NCBI GenBank assembly: GCA_902601345.1
Contig: CACKMK010000002.1
Location: 43,571 to 107,570, forward strand
Length of the DNA stretch: 64,000 nucleotides
Source of the DNA: an uncultured Candidatus Poseidoniales archaeon
GTDB taxonomy: Archaea > Thermoplasmatota > Poseidoniia > Poseidoniales > Thalassarchaeaceae
Direction: 5' to 3'
The translations under genes and the position numbers were made by a program. Under the pieces are notes generated by a model that saw only the letters and a program-made list of their open reading frames with translations, was not told where the DNA came from and made no database searches. This document shows, piece after piece, positions 46,648 to 56,205 of this stretch; the stretch's first letter is position 1; every line of letters starts with the position of its first letter.

Positions 46648-47502
46648 CTATTCGGGTTTGCAAAGAAGATATCTGAAATACTGAATCCTCCCTAACTTTA
46701 GGGACTCGTAAACAGGAGTGCCGGGCACCCCCCCGAAGGTCTCGAAGCTTTTCCTGAGAGATGGCGGAGCACTTTGGCGTATCATCTCCCTCCTGTCCTC
46801 ATCGATAATATCCAATGCGTCCACTACGTTTTCAGTCACGTCCGTCCATGACTCTATGGTAAATCCGGACTGGACGAAACTCTCGTGCATTTTCTCCATG
46901 GTCTTCTTATCCCTCATATCGGTCCAGCAGAACTTTCCACCTGGCTTTAGGACCCTGAATACCTCAGAGACGAAGGCTGGAATATCAGCATAGCAATGGG
47001 ATGATTCGACATTGTACACGATATCAAACGATTGATCTGGTAGAGCAAGTTGCTGAGCGTTTCCAACTCTGAATTCTAAATTATCCTGGTCTGAAAACCA
47101 CCCTTGAGAGAGTCGTATCGCCTCATCTGAATAGTCGACTGCAAGAAGGGATTTTGGATTGTATTTCCTTGATACCCAACTCGCTCCTCCTCCCCTTCCA
47201 GACCCTACTTCGAGGACTTCTTTTCCCTCAATCTCAACATCCCTAATATTCATGTTGTAAAGTTGGATGAATAGCCTGTCTCCCTCATCCTCGGGGGATA
47301 ATTCGAGTTCATCTCCATCTTTGAATCCATAGTTCATGAATCGGAAGTTGTGGTCTTTCTGTGATCTTGCCATCCTCTGATATAGACCTCTCCACATTCT
47401 CATCCTAATCCGGGGAGGAGCCAGTCGCATTACAGAGTAGAATATCCTCGCAGGGATGCCGGTTGACAAATTAGCACCTATTCTTTCCACTTTACTGAAC
47501 AA
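46648..47502 (-). CDS. class I SAM-dependent methyltransferase
   Basis: Motif I VLEVGSGRGGGASW and post-I DYSDEAI in a Rossmann-like layout. The substrate is unknown. Confidence 0.8.
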   Translation of the reverse strand: MFSKVERIGANLSTGIPARIFYSVMRLAPPRIRMRMWRGLYQRMARSQKDHNFRFMNYGFKDGDELELSPEDEGDRLFIQLYNMNIRDVEIEGKEVLEVGSGRGGGASWVSRKYNPKSLLAVDYSDEAIRLSQGWFSDQDNLEFRVGNAQQLALPDQSFDIVYNVESSHCYADIPAFVSEVFRVLKPGGKFCWTDMRDKKTMEKMHESFVQSGFTIESWTDVTENVVDALDIIDEDRREMIRQSAPPSLRKSFETFGGVPGTPVYESLKLGRIQYFRYLLCKPE

Positions 47503-48032
47503 CCGATACTCTCTGTCCTAGACACGGACACCTTCTGCCCTGAGGTAAGCTCGTTTATTGCGTCGTCTAGTTCGGAAGTAGTAGCGTGTGACGGATCTCT
47601 GGGAGAGTCATCCAGGCGACCCCTGTAAACCACGATTGATTCCTTATTCAGGAGGTAGAATTCCGGGGTCCTCTCCGCGCTGTAGGCAATTGCAACCTCC
47701 TGGGTTGAGTCGTGGAGGTATGGATATGTCATACCCTTTTTAGCTCTCTTTACCATGTTCTCCCATGAATCCGATTCATACTTGACTGGGTCATTTGAGT
47801 TGATTCCAACGAACCCCAGGCCCTTGCTTCTGGCTACATTAGCTGCGTCCTCTATTCTGGGCTCTGACCCCACTACATACGGGCAGTGATTGCAAGTGAA
47901 GAAGACAACAGTACCGTTCTCTCCCATGGTATCACTGAGTGTGATGGTCTTCTCGCCTGAGTTTTCGTTGGCGTTTGGAAGTTCGAAATTAGGGGCCAAT
48001 TCTCCCGGTTCAAGTTTCTTCAAGAAATGCAT
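47478..48032 (-). CDS. thioredoxin-fold redoxin (AhpC/TSA-TlpA-like) with CxxC
   Basis: VVFFTCNHCPYV (CNHC active site) in a 184-aa thioredoxin-like fold. Confidence 0.75.
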   Translation of the reverse strand: MHFLKKLEPGELAPNFELPNANENSGEKTITLSDTMGENGTVVFFTCNHCPYVVGSEPRIEDAANVARSKGLGFVGINSNDPVKYESDSWENMVKRAKKGMTYPYLHDSTQEVAIAYSAERTPEFYLLNKESIVVYRGRLDDSPRDPSHATTSELDDAINELTSGQKVSVSRTESIGCSVKWKE

Positions 48033-48058
48033 GTATTAACGCCAGGGTAGCACATTGT

Positions 48059-50347
48059 TCAATCCTTTGGAACGAGGGCTTCCCTCTTGGTATTGATTTG
48101 CTCTCGACACTCCTCCAACCTCCTCCTTGCCAGTCTATTCTGAGAGTCAACATCGAGTACCTTACGCCAAGCTGTAGCGGCTTTCTCTACATCTCTACCT
48201 TCATGAAGAATTGCAGCGATACGGAGTCTCGCGTCCAGGTGTTGTGGGTCGGTCCTGACTGCAGCCTCGAAATCAGAAATTGCCTTCTCAGATCTTCCGA
48301 AGTCAACATACAGAAGTCCTCTTTGATACCATGCCTCCGAAAGATTAGGATTCTCCTCTATGGCTTTGTTTAGAGGTTTCTCCGCCTGTTCTGACCTGCC
48401 CATTGCTATCATACATGTACCCAAGTGGACTAATCCCATCGAATGGTTATGACTTAACTTTAGGAGTTCTCTTAACTCGAATTCAGCATTTTCCCAATCG
48501 CCCTGATTCATTAGTATCTCCGACTTCCTCAAGCGACCTAGTTCATGATTGGGTCGTTCCTCCACCAATTGGGTGGCATCATCTAATGCCATTGCCAAAT
48601 CGTCACAGAGAAGGGCTGCTGATGATCTGTTTAGTCTGGCCCTGGCATGTTTTGGGTCGAAACTTAGAGTATCGGAGAATAGCTTGATCGCCTCTCTAAA
48701 ACGACCGTGCTTGGCTGCGATGATTCCCCGGATGAACGGTACGGTTTGATTGTCCTTCAGAGTAGTTGTTGCCTCCAGAGTTAGTGCGTTCGCCTGCTCC
48801 AAGTCTCCAACCTCCAAGCATAACTGTGCTTCCTCCAGCGAAATCGAGGGGTGTTCTGGAATCAGCCTCCGCGCTCTCACCAGAGCAACTTCTGCCTCAT
48901 CGAAGGCACCTTGGTATCTGAGTGCTCTAGCCCTCCCAAGCCAGGCTAAACCTGACTCCCTATCAATCTCAATCGCTCTATCGAAAGAGACGAGTGCGTC
49001 AATCACTGGAATCTGATCGACTTTGCCGGTCTCATCACGATGATGGTCTGCGTCAACTAGACTGAGTCTTCCTTTCATGATGTGCAATGAAGACGAGTTC
49101 CAGGCTTCCTCCGGTGCTTCTTCCAGAGTTTGAAGAGCGGAGTCCGGTGATCCGCTGCTTAACCAGAGTTGACTCAGTCTACCTCTGGCCTCTGAATCTC
49201 CTGGAGAGTTGCGGAGATGTTCCTCTAGAACCTCTATTGAGGCATCTGTCCTACCGTCGTTTTCGAGTATCTCGGACTCTAAAATAACAGTATATTCGCC
49301 CAAGGCGTTTGCCCTTCTAAGGGATTTCATTGCCTCTTTCATGGGGCCAGCCTCGGCAGCAACCAATCTGGCCTTGAGAGACCATGCCTGGCCGAAATTT
49401 TGATCCCTCTTGATTGCCGATTCTACCGACTCCAGTGCTGGTCTGAACTCTCCCAGCATCAGTTGCTTGGTTGCCTTTTCGACCAAAGTCGATGCTGTTC
49501 CTGACGAATAATCGCCTCTGTCATCTGACTCCTTCGCTCTTTGGGATATTTGAGAGAGATCGCCATCTATTGCAGATAGAGATGTCGAGGCGCCCAAGCC
49601 CTCTAGTCTCTTCGTGTTCCTACCATATCGTTCGTCTTCAGTACCGTCCAACAGAACGAGTTGCTCATTTAGTAAGCTGATATCATCCGGAACAATCGCA
49701 AGTAGCCTCTCTAGAGTCCTATCAAGAGAGTCAAGATCTCCGCTTTTCCTCAGGATGTCAGAAAGTGAGCGGAGAGCTGCTTCGTCCTCTGGATCTAAGT
49801 CGTTCGCTCTATGATAACAGTCTGCGGCCCAATCAAACCTTTCGATGGAGTGGAAAAGTTCACCCAATCTCCGATGCTCATTGGCAGACAGTTCAACATC
49901 CTCAGCCTTCATCTCAGCCTCTGTGAGGATGGCAGCTAGCCTCTTAGAAAGCGGTTTAAGTCCCTGGAGTATTATTCTCTCTTCTTCAGGGTCGCCCTCT
50001 TCATAGTGCTCCAGCAAAGACTTAGCTGCATGGCTCGCTATCGCGCATGACTCGCTATTACTGACTGGTATGCCTTGATTGAACAGTAACGACTCTGCTG
50101 CCTCTAGTGACTTATGTACTCCGAGTAGCTCATGGACTTCAGGAGCGTCGGAAAGAATGGTGTCGACGCCCCGGGAAAGAAGATCTAACTTCTCCGAGGT
50201 TTGTACCAGATTTCCTTTCATGGAACCGATCTTAGATGCAAGCTTCTGTCTCTGTCTAAGTACAGACTTGTGCTTTATCCACAAAACAAATAGAGTGATC
50301 GACAGTATCCCGTAGAGAGTCATGACGACCATGGTGGTCTCTTGCAT
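48059..50347 (-). CDS. membrane-anchored tetratricopeptide (TPR) repeat protein
   Basis: N-terminal TM (MVVMTLYGILSITLFVLWI) followed by about 700 aa of TPR-like repeats (for example WYQRGLLYVDFGRSEKAISDFEAAVRTDP). Confidence 0.75.
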   Translation of the reverse strand: MQETTMVVMTLYGILSITLFVLWIKHKSVLRQRQKLASKIGSMKGNLVQTSEKLDLLSRGVDTILSDAPEVHELLGVHKSLEAAESLLFNQGIPVSNSESCAIASHAAKSLLEHYEEGDPEEERIILQGLKPLSKRLAAILTEAEMKAEDVELSANEHRRLGELFHSIERFDWAADCYHRANDLDPEDEAALRSLSDILRKSGDLDSLDRTLERLLAIVPDDISLLNEQLVLLDGTEDERYGRNTKRLEGLGASTSLSAIDGDLSQISQRAKESDDRGDYSSGTASTLVEKATKQLMLGEFRPALESVESAIKRDQNFGQAWSLKARLVAAEAGPMKEAMKSLRRANALGEYTVILESEILENDGRTDASIEVLEEHLRNSPGDSEARGRLSQLWLSSGSPDSALQTLEEAPEEAWNSSSLHIMKGRLSLVDADHHRDETGKVDQIPVIDALVSFDRAIEIDRESGLAWLGRARALRYQGAFDEAEVALVRARRLIPEHPSISLEEAQLCLEVGDLEQANALTLEATTTLKDNQTVPFIRGIIAAKHGRFREAIKLFSDTLSFDPKHARARLNRSSAALLCDDLAMALDDATQLVEERPNHELGRLRKSEILMNQGDWENAEFELRELLKLSHNHSMGLVHLGTCMIAMGRSEQAEKPLNKAIEENPNLSEAWYQRGLLYVDFGRSEKAISDFEAAVRTDPQHLDARLRIAAILHEGRDVEKAATAWRKVLDVDSQNRLARRRLEECREQINTKREALVPKD

Positions 50348-50453
50348 CGCTCCCAGCGGACATGAGAGACTTTTGATGGCTTCTGCTAAGAATGCCCCTC
50401 AGATGGCCATTAACCCTGGGTCAAAGAACAGCCATACAAGTGTTAGTTGTATC

Positions 50454-51623
50454 TCATTCCAAATCTCTAATGGAGTATGCCTGAACTCCAAGTTTCAGAG
50501 ATTGAGGGCCCACTGTCTTGCCTACGACATTGTTTATTCCAGCGCCCGACGCTAGTTCATGAATCCGATCTGTCACCTTACCCGAGAATACTAGCCCTTG
50601 GGCTCCTTCTATTTCACCGAGAGCAGACTCTAGGTCCTTCGCACTAACAGGCTCAGAGCCGCTTCCATCGGCCTGGACAATTACTGTGTAGTTTCTCTTG
50701 AGTCCGTCCATCATAGGTGCCCATCCCTTGATCTCATCTGATGCTTCCATAGTCGGTTTTCCTTTCCCGACCGATGCGTCATCGTCCTTTTGGATTTCTG
50801 TCTGAATCCTGGCGACGGCCTTGGATGCCGGTTCTTTCTGTCCTAGGCACTTGGTCACAACCTTGCCCTCCAGATGCTCGACTTCCCTACTCTGCGGTGC
50901 AAATGCTACATGGGTTAGTGACTTACCTAGTGTACCGCTAATCTCCATCAACAGAAGCTTGCCTCCTCGATCTCCATCAAGGAAAGCGGTAACTGTCTTC
51001 TTCTTGGATGCCAACTCCGCCAGTTCCGGCTTGATTCCGGAACCCATGGTCGCGATAGCATTGTTAATCCCGTACTTCAATAGGTTTCGGACATCATTTC
51101 TACCCTCAACTATGATGATTGCGTCCGAGTTCTTCACATTCGGGCCGGCAGTCATCTCTTGGTAGTCTGTCTCTGTATCGAGTGTCAACACTGCTCTGAC
51201 CTCATCGAGGATGTTCTTTGACTCCCCGGATGCAGAGTTCACAATGTTCAGGAGAAGCTGCTTTGCTCTGTCAATGACGTGGTCTCTCTTAGCAGACCTA
51301 ACGTTCTCTATCTCCTTAACCTTGATTACGGCCTTGCATGGTCCTATCCTGTCGATAGTCTCCAGGGCAGCACCGATTACTGCAGTGCTAACCTGATCTA
51401 TCGAGGAAGAAACTTCTAGTGTTCCCTGGACACGTCCCTTGTGGTTGTTTAAACTCACATCCACGTGTCCGATTCTCCCGGTCTGCTGGAGTTTCCTTAG
51501 CTGCAGCCCTTCTCCTAGAAGTCCCTCGGTCTGGCCGAAAATAGCACCTACGACGTCTTTGCGCGCCACGGTACCATCGACTCTAATTGTTGCATGTATT
51601 ACGTATTTTCCTTCATTTGCCAT
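50454..51623 (-). CDS. dnaG: archaeal DnaG-type primase / exosome-associated TOPRIM protein
   Basis: N-terminal YVIHATIRVDGTVARKDVVGAIFGQTEGLLG and the TOPRIM block AIIIVEGRNDV...LDGDRGG. The start is placed at MANEGKY (51623). The track's extension to 51782 crosses a GC-rich hairpin cluster. Confidence 0.9.
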   Translation of the reverse strand: MANEGKYVIHATIRVDGTVARKDVVGAIFGQTEGLLGEGLQLRKLQQTGRIGHVDVSLNNHKGRVQGTLEVSSSIDQVSTAVIGAALETIDRIGPCKAVIKVKEIENVRSAKRDHVIDRAKQLLLNIVNSASGESKNILDEVRAVLTLDTETDYQEMTAGPNVKNSDAIIIVEGRNDVRNLLKYGINNAIATMGSGIKPELAELASKKKTVTAFLDGDRGGKLLLMEISGTLGKSLTHVAFAPQSREVEHLEGKVVTKCLGQKEPASKAVARIQTEIQKDDDASVGKGKPTMEASDEIKGWAPMMDGLKRNYTVIVQADGSGSEPVSAKDLESALGEIEGAQGLVFSGKVTDRIHELASGAGINNVVGKTVGPQSLKLGVQAYSIRDLE

Positions 51624-51840
51624 ATTGTTCAAATCCTTTGCTTCTCGGCCCCAAACCGGGGCCTTGCCCCCTATTTTGCCAGTTTGGCTCGGGGGGTTCG
51701 GATGGGCGCAAGGCGCCCGCGAGTGGGCTGATAAGCAACTTACCGGGCGATAGGGGTATTCATGAATCCTCCTGTTTACCAATGGGTCTTTACTGAAGCG
51801 ATATACCCAGTGGTTAAGTCTAGTATGTATATCGGAGTTC

Positions 51841-52329
51841 GTGGTGGAAGAGTCCTGGCTCGAAGATGATCGGTCTCAAGTATTCATGAACGCATCTATG
51901 CTGGCTCTTAGAGACGGGCAATTATCTAATGGAGAGAAGAGAATCTTGGTGAAGCTAGCACACGCGCTGAGGCTCCAGGAGGACGAGCCCAAGCGGATTT
52001 ACGATGCTATTCTATCAGGAGAGACGGACAGGACCAGTGGAGATAAGTTAGGGCATAGCGAGAAGATACTAGTGTACGGCCAAGTTCTGGAAGCAATGCT
52101 AATCCACACGGATCGTTCAGAAGAGGTGATCGCTCAAATTGCATATCTTAGAAAGATGTTCGCTATTGAGGAGGCTGAGCACAGGGCTATTGCAAGAAGT
52201 CTGGATCGGCAGTTAGAAGAAATAGTCCATCGGTCTTTCATAGACGAGTATCGAGTCCGTCTGAACGAGACTGGAGATGCGCTAAGACAGATTTCTTCAC
52301 AGCTACTGGAGCGAGTTGTTCGTCGATAG
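51841..52329 (+). CDS. TerB-like (tellurite-resistance TerB/DjlA-N fold) protein, tentative
   Basis: Two half-repeats of the pattern 'DG.l...E..il..la..l.l.e.E', namely ALRDGQLSNGEKRILVKLAHALRLQEDE and EEVIAQIAYLRKMFAIEEAE. GTG start. Confidence 0.4.
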   Translation: MVEESWLEDDRSQVFMNASMLALRDGQLSNGEKRILVKLAHALRLQEDEPKRIYDAILSGETDRTSGDKLGHSEKILVYGQVLEAMLIHTDRSEEVIAQIAYLRKMFAIEEAEHRAIARSLDRQLEEIVHRSFIDEYRVRLNETGDALRQISSQLLERVVRR

Positions 52330-52362
52330 CGTCAAATTGCCAATAGGGAATCAGTAGTTGAA

Positions 52363-53007
52363 ATGAGTGGAGTATTGGTACTTGATGAGTTCCTTGAGAG
52401 CCAACCGAAGAGAGTGCACAGATCATACAGGAAGTTAGCTAGAGTAGTTCGTGAGGCATACCCGATAGGGGTACCAGCACTGATCATGAAATCAAGTACA
52501 GATAGACTGGGAGCGTCTGCCGGTTACTCTTTCCACCTTGGAACACCGGATGACATCCTCAGAAGGATTGCTTCCTGGCTGATTACATATGCTAAGGGAA
52601 ATCAGGACGTGCTATGGAGACTGATGCGAGAGCTGTGGTCCAGGCACGGAAGAGAGGATGTTGCTCTTTCCGCGCTGCTTCTAGCGAATTTGGACCACCA
52701 GGCAGCTGGTACCGACCCGTGGGATATACTGTCTTCATTGATTAATACCAAGGAGCCTGCAGATGCGCTCCTGCTAAGTATTGAGGAGGTGCTTAGAGCA
52801 GGTCATGGAGGGCCAAGTAATGTGCAGTATAGATCATGGTGCTCTGGTAGGATGGTGCAGACTCACCTAGCGCTTATATCAGCGTTCGCTAGCCAAAACT
52901 CGGGTCTAGACATCTCTCCGGAGGTTATTGCACTGCTCCTTGATGTAGATGTCCCGGACGGCGATACTCTTCTTGGCCGAATCAGAGACAGGTTTTCGGA
53001 ACTCTAA
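52363..53007 (+). CDS. hypothetical alpha-helical (HEAT/AlkD-like?) protein
   Basis: 214-aa all-helical ORF. The resemblance to DNA-alkylation-repair HEAT-like proteins is weak and unverified. Confidence 0.4.
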   Translation: MSGVLVLDEFLESQPKRVHRSYRKLARVVREAYPIGVPALIMKSSTDRLGASAGYSFHLGTPDDILRRIASWLITYAKGNQDVLWRLMRELWSRHGREDVALSALLLANLDHQAAGTDPWDILSSLINTKEPADALLLSIEEVLRAGHGGPSNVQYRSWCSGRMVQTHLALISAFASQNSGLDISPEVIALLLDVDVPDGDTLLGRIRDRFSEL

Positions 53008-53044
53008 CAATAGTACTAATTCGTCCTTAGCCTCCGTAATTGCC

Positions 53045-53254
53045 ATGGTCGAGCGCCTGTTGCCATCGGATGACCCCGTAGCAGAGGAAGTTCTAGAGTG
53101 GACAATTAAGAGAGATGCCCAAGATATTGCCCAGTTAATGGAGTGGCTAGTAGGAACCACTGCAAGGAAGGATCGAGAGATGCTCATAAACCGTGCATTG
53201 GATTTAATGGAAGAGATTGATCATGCATTAAAGCGACTTGACGAGCTAAGGTGA
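53045..53254 (+). CDS. hypothetical small helical protein
   Basis: The coding-looking part of the 101-aa track ORF starts at MVERLLPSDDP. The upstream 32 codons overlap the previous gene and look non-coding. Confidence 0.35.
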   Translation: MVERLLPSDDPVAEEVLEWTIKRDAQDIAQLMEWLVGTTARKDREMLINRALDLMEEIDHALKRLDELR

Positions 53255-53258
53255 ACTT

Positions 53259-53816
53259 ATGCGGTCTCTATTGCTTGCAGGGGGGAAATCGTCTAGGATG
53301 GGGATAGATAAAGCAATGATTGAGGTAGATGGCTACTCAATGATTTCGAGAGTAGTCAAGGCACTGACTCTCGCAGGATTGGAGCCAATCAGAATCGCTG
53401 TGGCTAGTCCTGAAGACATCGAGAAATATGGAAGCGTAGTAGGCCCGGACGCAGATGTTGAATGGGTTTTGGATGCCAGAACTCACGCTGGTCCAATTGA
53501 TGCTATTAAGGAGGCGCTTCTAGACTCTGGATGCGGTGAAATCCTACAGCTAGCGGCAGTAGACTACCCATGGGTGACAGAGGAGTTGTTCATCTCTCTG
53601 CAGGAGGGTTTGGATGATGATAATGCTCTAATCATGCCCCATGATGGAGAGGTTTCCCACCCTCTCCTAGCATTGATTCGGAGCGAGGACGTTCTAGGAA
53701 TCCTGCATTCTGACAGGAGGTCCCTCAGAGCGCAGTTCGCAGAGGTCAAGCATTCAATACTAATTGAAGAGCCAGAAATCCTTCGGAACGCGAACTCACC
53801 CGAGGACCTCAAGTGA
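53259..53816 (+). CDS. mobA: molybdenum cofactor guanylyltransferase (MobA-like nucleotidyltransferase)
   Basis: N-terminal LLLAGGKSSRMGIDKAMIEVDG motif, 185 aa. Confidence 0.8.
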   Translation: MRSLLLAGGKSSRMGIDKAMIEVDGYSMISRVVKALTLAGLEPIRIAVASPEDIEKYGSVVGPDADVEWVLDARTHAGPIDAIKEALLDSGCGEILQLAAVDYPWVTEELFISLQEGLDDDNALIMPHDGEVSHPLLALIRSEDVLGILHSDRRSLRAQFAEVKHSILIEEPEILRNANSPEDLK

Positions 53817-54488
53817 AACCCCCCCATTGCAGAGTAGATCGATAATCTCGGGATATAGAGTATGCTCGACCTTCCTGACTCTATCCTGGAGTGACTCCTC
53901 ATCGTCGTCAGGGAGAATAGGCACTTCTCTTTGAGCGAGAATGGGGCCTGAATCGACGCCCTCATCAACCAGATGTACGGTACACCCCGTGGTTTTCACA
54001 CCTGCAGCGAGTGCGTCTCGGTGAGCATGCGCCCCAGGGAAATCTGGAAGTAGAGAGGGATGAATATTCAGGAGCCTCCCCTTCCATATTGCTACGAAAG
54101 ATGGTGTCAGGATTCTCATATACCCACTGAGAACAACTAGTTCAACACCGGAAGATTTGAGTTGTCGTAGAATCATACTCTCATGTGCTAAACGACGCTC
54201 GGTGCTCTGCAGTCCCAGCGGAAGTGGGATTCCCATCGTGGCGATTCCTGCACTCCTTCCATGCTCTAGTCCTCCAGCATTTTCACTATCTGCAATTACC
54301 AAAACTGTCCGATGACTCCTAGGCTTGGAAAATTGGAACGACAATATGGAAGATAGTCCCGAACCGCCTCCTGAAATCAGAACGGCCAACCTCAGAGGCT
54401 CTTCGATAGAAGCGGCTCTAGGTAGAATGAATGGCGCCTCCATGCCTTTCTGGTGAGGAGTTTCCGCTTGAGTCTTCGGATTACTCAA
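53796..54488 (-). CDS. purN: phosphoribosylglycinamide formyltransferase
   Basis: VLISGGGSGL, VLSGYMRIL, NIHPSLLP and GCTVHLVDEGVDSGPILAQ are PurN motifs. Confidence 0.9.
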   Translation of the reverse strand: MSNPKTQAETPHQKGMEAPFILPRAASIEEPLRLAVLISGGGSGLSSILSFQFSKPRSHRTVLVIADSENAGGLEHGRSAGIATMGIPLPLGLQSTERRLAHESMILRQLKSSGVELVVLSGYMRILTPSFVAIWKGRLLNIHPSLLPDFPGAHAHRDALAAGVKTTGCTVHLVDEGVDSGPILAQREVPILPDDDEESLQDRVRKVEHTLYPEIIDLLCNGGVSLEVLG

Positions 54489-54525
54489 ACTTAAACGAAG
54501 GCGGGGTTACCAATGGACGTAGTTC

Positions 54526-55017
54526 ATGGAAAGAACAGCCACCATTGACGAAATTGTTGAGAGATATTGCGTATCCAGCAATCCCTTTCTGAGTCGTTTA
54601 TACCTGGGGTTAGGATTTATGTTCATAGGTTTCGCTATAATCGGCCTTTGGGTTCCAGGATGGCCTACGGTTTCATGGGCTGTACCAGCGGCCTTCCTCT
54701 TCTCATACTCCAGCGAGAGAATGTTCAGGTGGACTCTTACGAATCGGTTCTTCGGCTCCGCGATGTTCGATTACTATGCAACTGGAAAGACGGTGCCGAG
54801 TCATGCAAAAGTGGCAATCATTGTGCTTATTGCGTTGATGTCTGCCGCATCGGCGACCCTCGTCTGGAAGGTTTCTACACTTGGTGATGGAAAAATTTTC
54901 GAGCCATCCTCATGGAATGGTGCTGATCCGGGATATGGGGCTGTGACCATTATCCTAGTCGGGCTTTTCGGTATGTATTACGTGGCAACCAGAGTCAGAA
55001 TCAGAGAAATAGGCTGA
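54526..55017 (+). CDS. DUF454 (YbaN-like) inner-membrane protein
   Basis: LGLGFMFIGFAIIGLWVPGWPTVSW is the characteristic DUF454 N-terminal block. About 4 TM. Confidence 0.7.
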   Translation: MERTATIDEIVERYCVSSNPFLSRLYLGLGFMFIGFAIIGLWVPGWPTVSWAVPAAFLFSYSSERMFRWTLTNRFFGSAMFDYYATGKTVPSHAKVAIIVLIALMSAASATLVWKVSTLGDGKIFEPSSWNGADPGYGAVTIILVGLFGMYYVATRVRIREIG

Positions 55018-55062
55018 CTCAAACTCTTTTTGCAGGTGGCCAGTCCGAGGGCTTTGAGAAAC

Positions 55063-56205
55063 ATGGACTTTGACACAATCTCAGTAAGAGGCAAGAGCAA
55101 GCCAGACCCGACAACGGGTGCGATAGTACCCCCGATATACCAGACTGCGACCTATGTATTGGAGGAGATAGGGGTCGACAAGGGGTTCGACTACACTCGC
55201 TCATCCAATCCCACCAGGCAGGATCTGGAGGAGCACTTGGCCGCGTTGGAGGGAGGCAAATATGGGATTGCTTTCTCCAGTGGAATGGCAAGTGCGGATA
55301 GTTGTATGAAGCTTCTAAAACAGGGCGATCACGTTGTCTGCTGCGATGACGTGTATGGTGGGACTGCGAGACTTTTCAACAACCTGATGACGAACTACGG
55401 AGTCGAGTTCACCTACGTTGACTCACAAGTGGCGGAGAATGTCCAGAAGGCTATACGTCCAGAGACGAAGATGGTGTGGGTAGAAACCCCAACAAATCCA
55501 CTTTTGAAGGTTACAGATCTAGAGGCTGTAGGGAATATCGCAAAGAGTAATGATCTGCTTTACGTTGTGGATACCACTTTCGCGACCCCGGTTTTCCTCA
55601 GGCCTCTTGAGTATGGGGCTGATCTGGTGCTTCACAGTACCACGAAGTATCTGAGTGGACATAACCAGATTATCGGGGGTGCAATAATTACCGATAGAGA
55701 CGATCTATATAATCAGTTGAAGTACATCCAAAAGAGCGTTGGGGCCGTCCCTAGCCCGTTCGATTGCTGGTTGGTGATTATGGGTCTGAAGACTCTTCAT
55801 CTCAGGATGCATAGACATTGGGAGAACGCGGAGAAGATAGCGTCCTACTTGGAGGGACATCCAAAGGTATCCAAGGTGGTCTATCCTGGATTGGAGTCAC
55901 ATCCCATGCACAAAGTTGCCAAAAGTCAGATGAAAGGGTACAGTGGGATGATCTCATTCGAGTTGGAGGGAGGATTGGAGGCTGGTAAGAAGTTAATGAA
56001 TTCGGTCGAGTTGTGCCTCCTTGCCGAGAGCCTGGGTGCTGTGGAAACTATGATCACCCATCCTGCAACTATGACTCATGCGGAGGTTCCTCGAGAGGAG
56101 CGTTTGTCCAGAGGGTTTGAAGACGGCTTGGTCAGGCTCTCTGTGGGAATCGAGGACCCAGATGACCTGATTGCTGATTTGGAGAAGGCCTTCGAAAAGG
56201 TGTGA
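55063..56205 (+). CDS. Cys/Met-metabolism PLP enzyme (cystathionine gamma-lyase/gamma-synthase/beta-lyase family)
   Basis: PPIYQTATY and the PLP-lysine block HSTTKYLSGHN. The start is placed at ATG 55063 (MDFDTISVRG). The track starts at 55030. Confidence 0.9.
   Translation: MDFDTISVRGKSKPDPTTGAIVPPIYQTATYVLEEIGVDKGFDYTRSSNPTRQDLEEHLAALEGGKYGIAFSSGMASADSCMKLLKQGDHVVCCDDVYGGTARLFNNLMTNYGVEFTYVDSQVAENVQKAIRPETKMVWVETPTNPLLKVTDLEAVGNIAKSNDLLYVVDTTFATPVFLRPLEYGADLVLHSTTKYLSGHNQIIGGAIITDRDDLYNQLKYIQKSVGAVPSPFDCWLVIMGLKTLHLRMHRHWENAEKIASYLEGHPKVSKVVYPGLESHPMHKVAKSQMKGYSGMISFELEGGLEAGKKLMNSVELCLLAESLGAVETMITHPATMTHAEVPREERLSRGFEDGLVRLSVGIEDPDDLIADLEKAFEKV

Noticed and set aside
51755-51800. C/D-box sRNA (AUGAAU ... 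CUGA) upstream of the TerB-like gene
   Set aside because: The C-box is imperfect (no RUGAUGA), the spacing to the CUGA is too short for a complete C/D'/C'/D unit, and there is no terminal stem.
52949-53044. Frameshift or pseudogene joining the 214-aa and 101-aa ORFs
   Set aside because: The overlapping part of the second ORF looks non-coding (NSNNSTNSS). A clean Met start at 53045 leaves a 37-nt gap, so two separate genes is the simpler reading.
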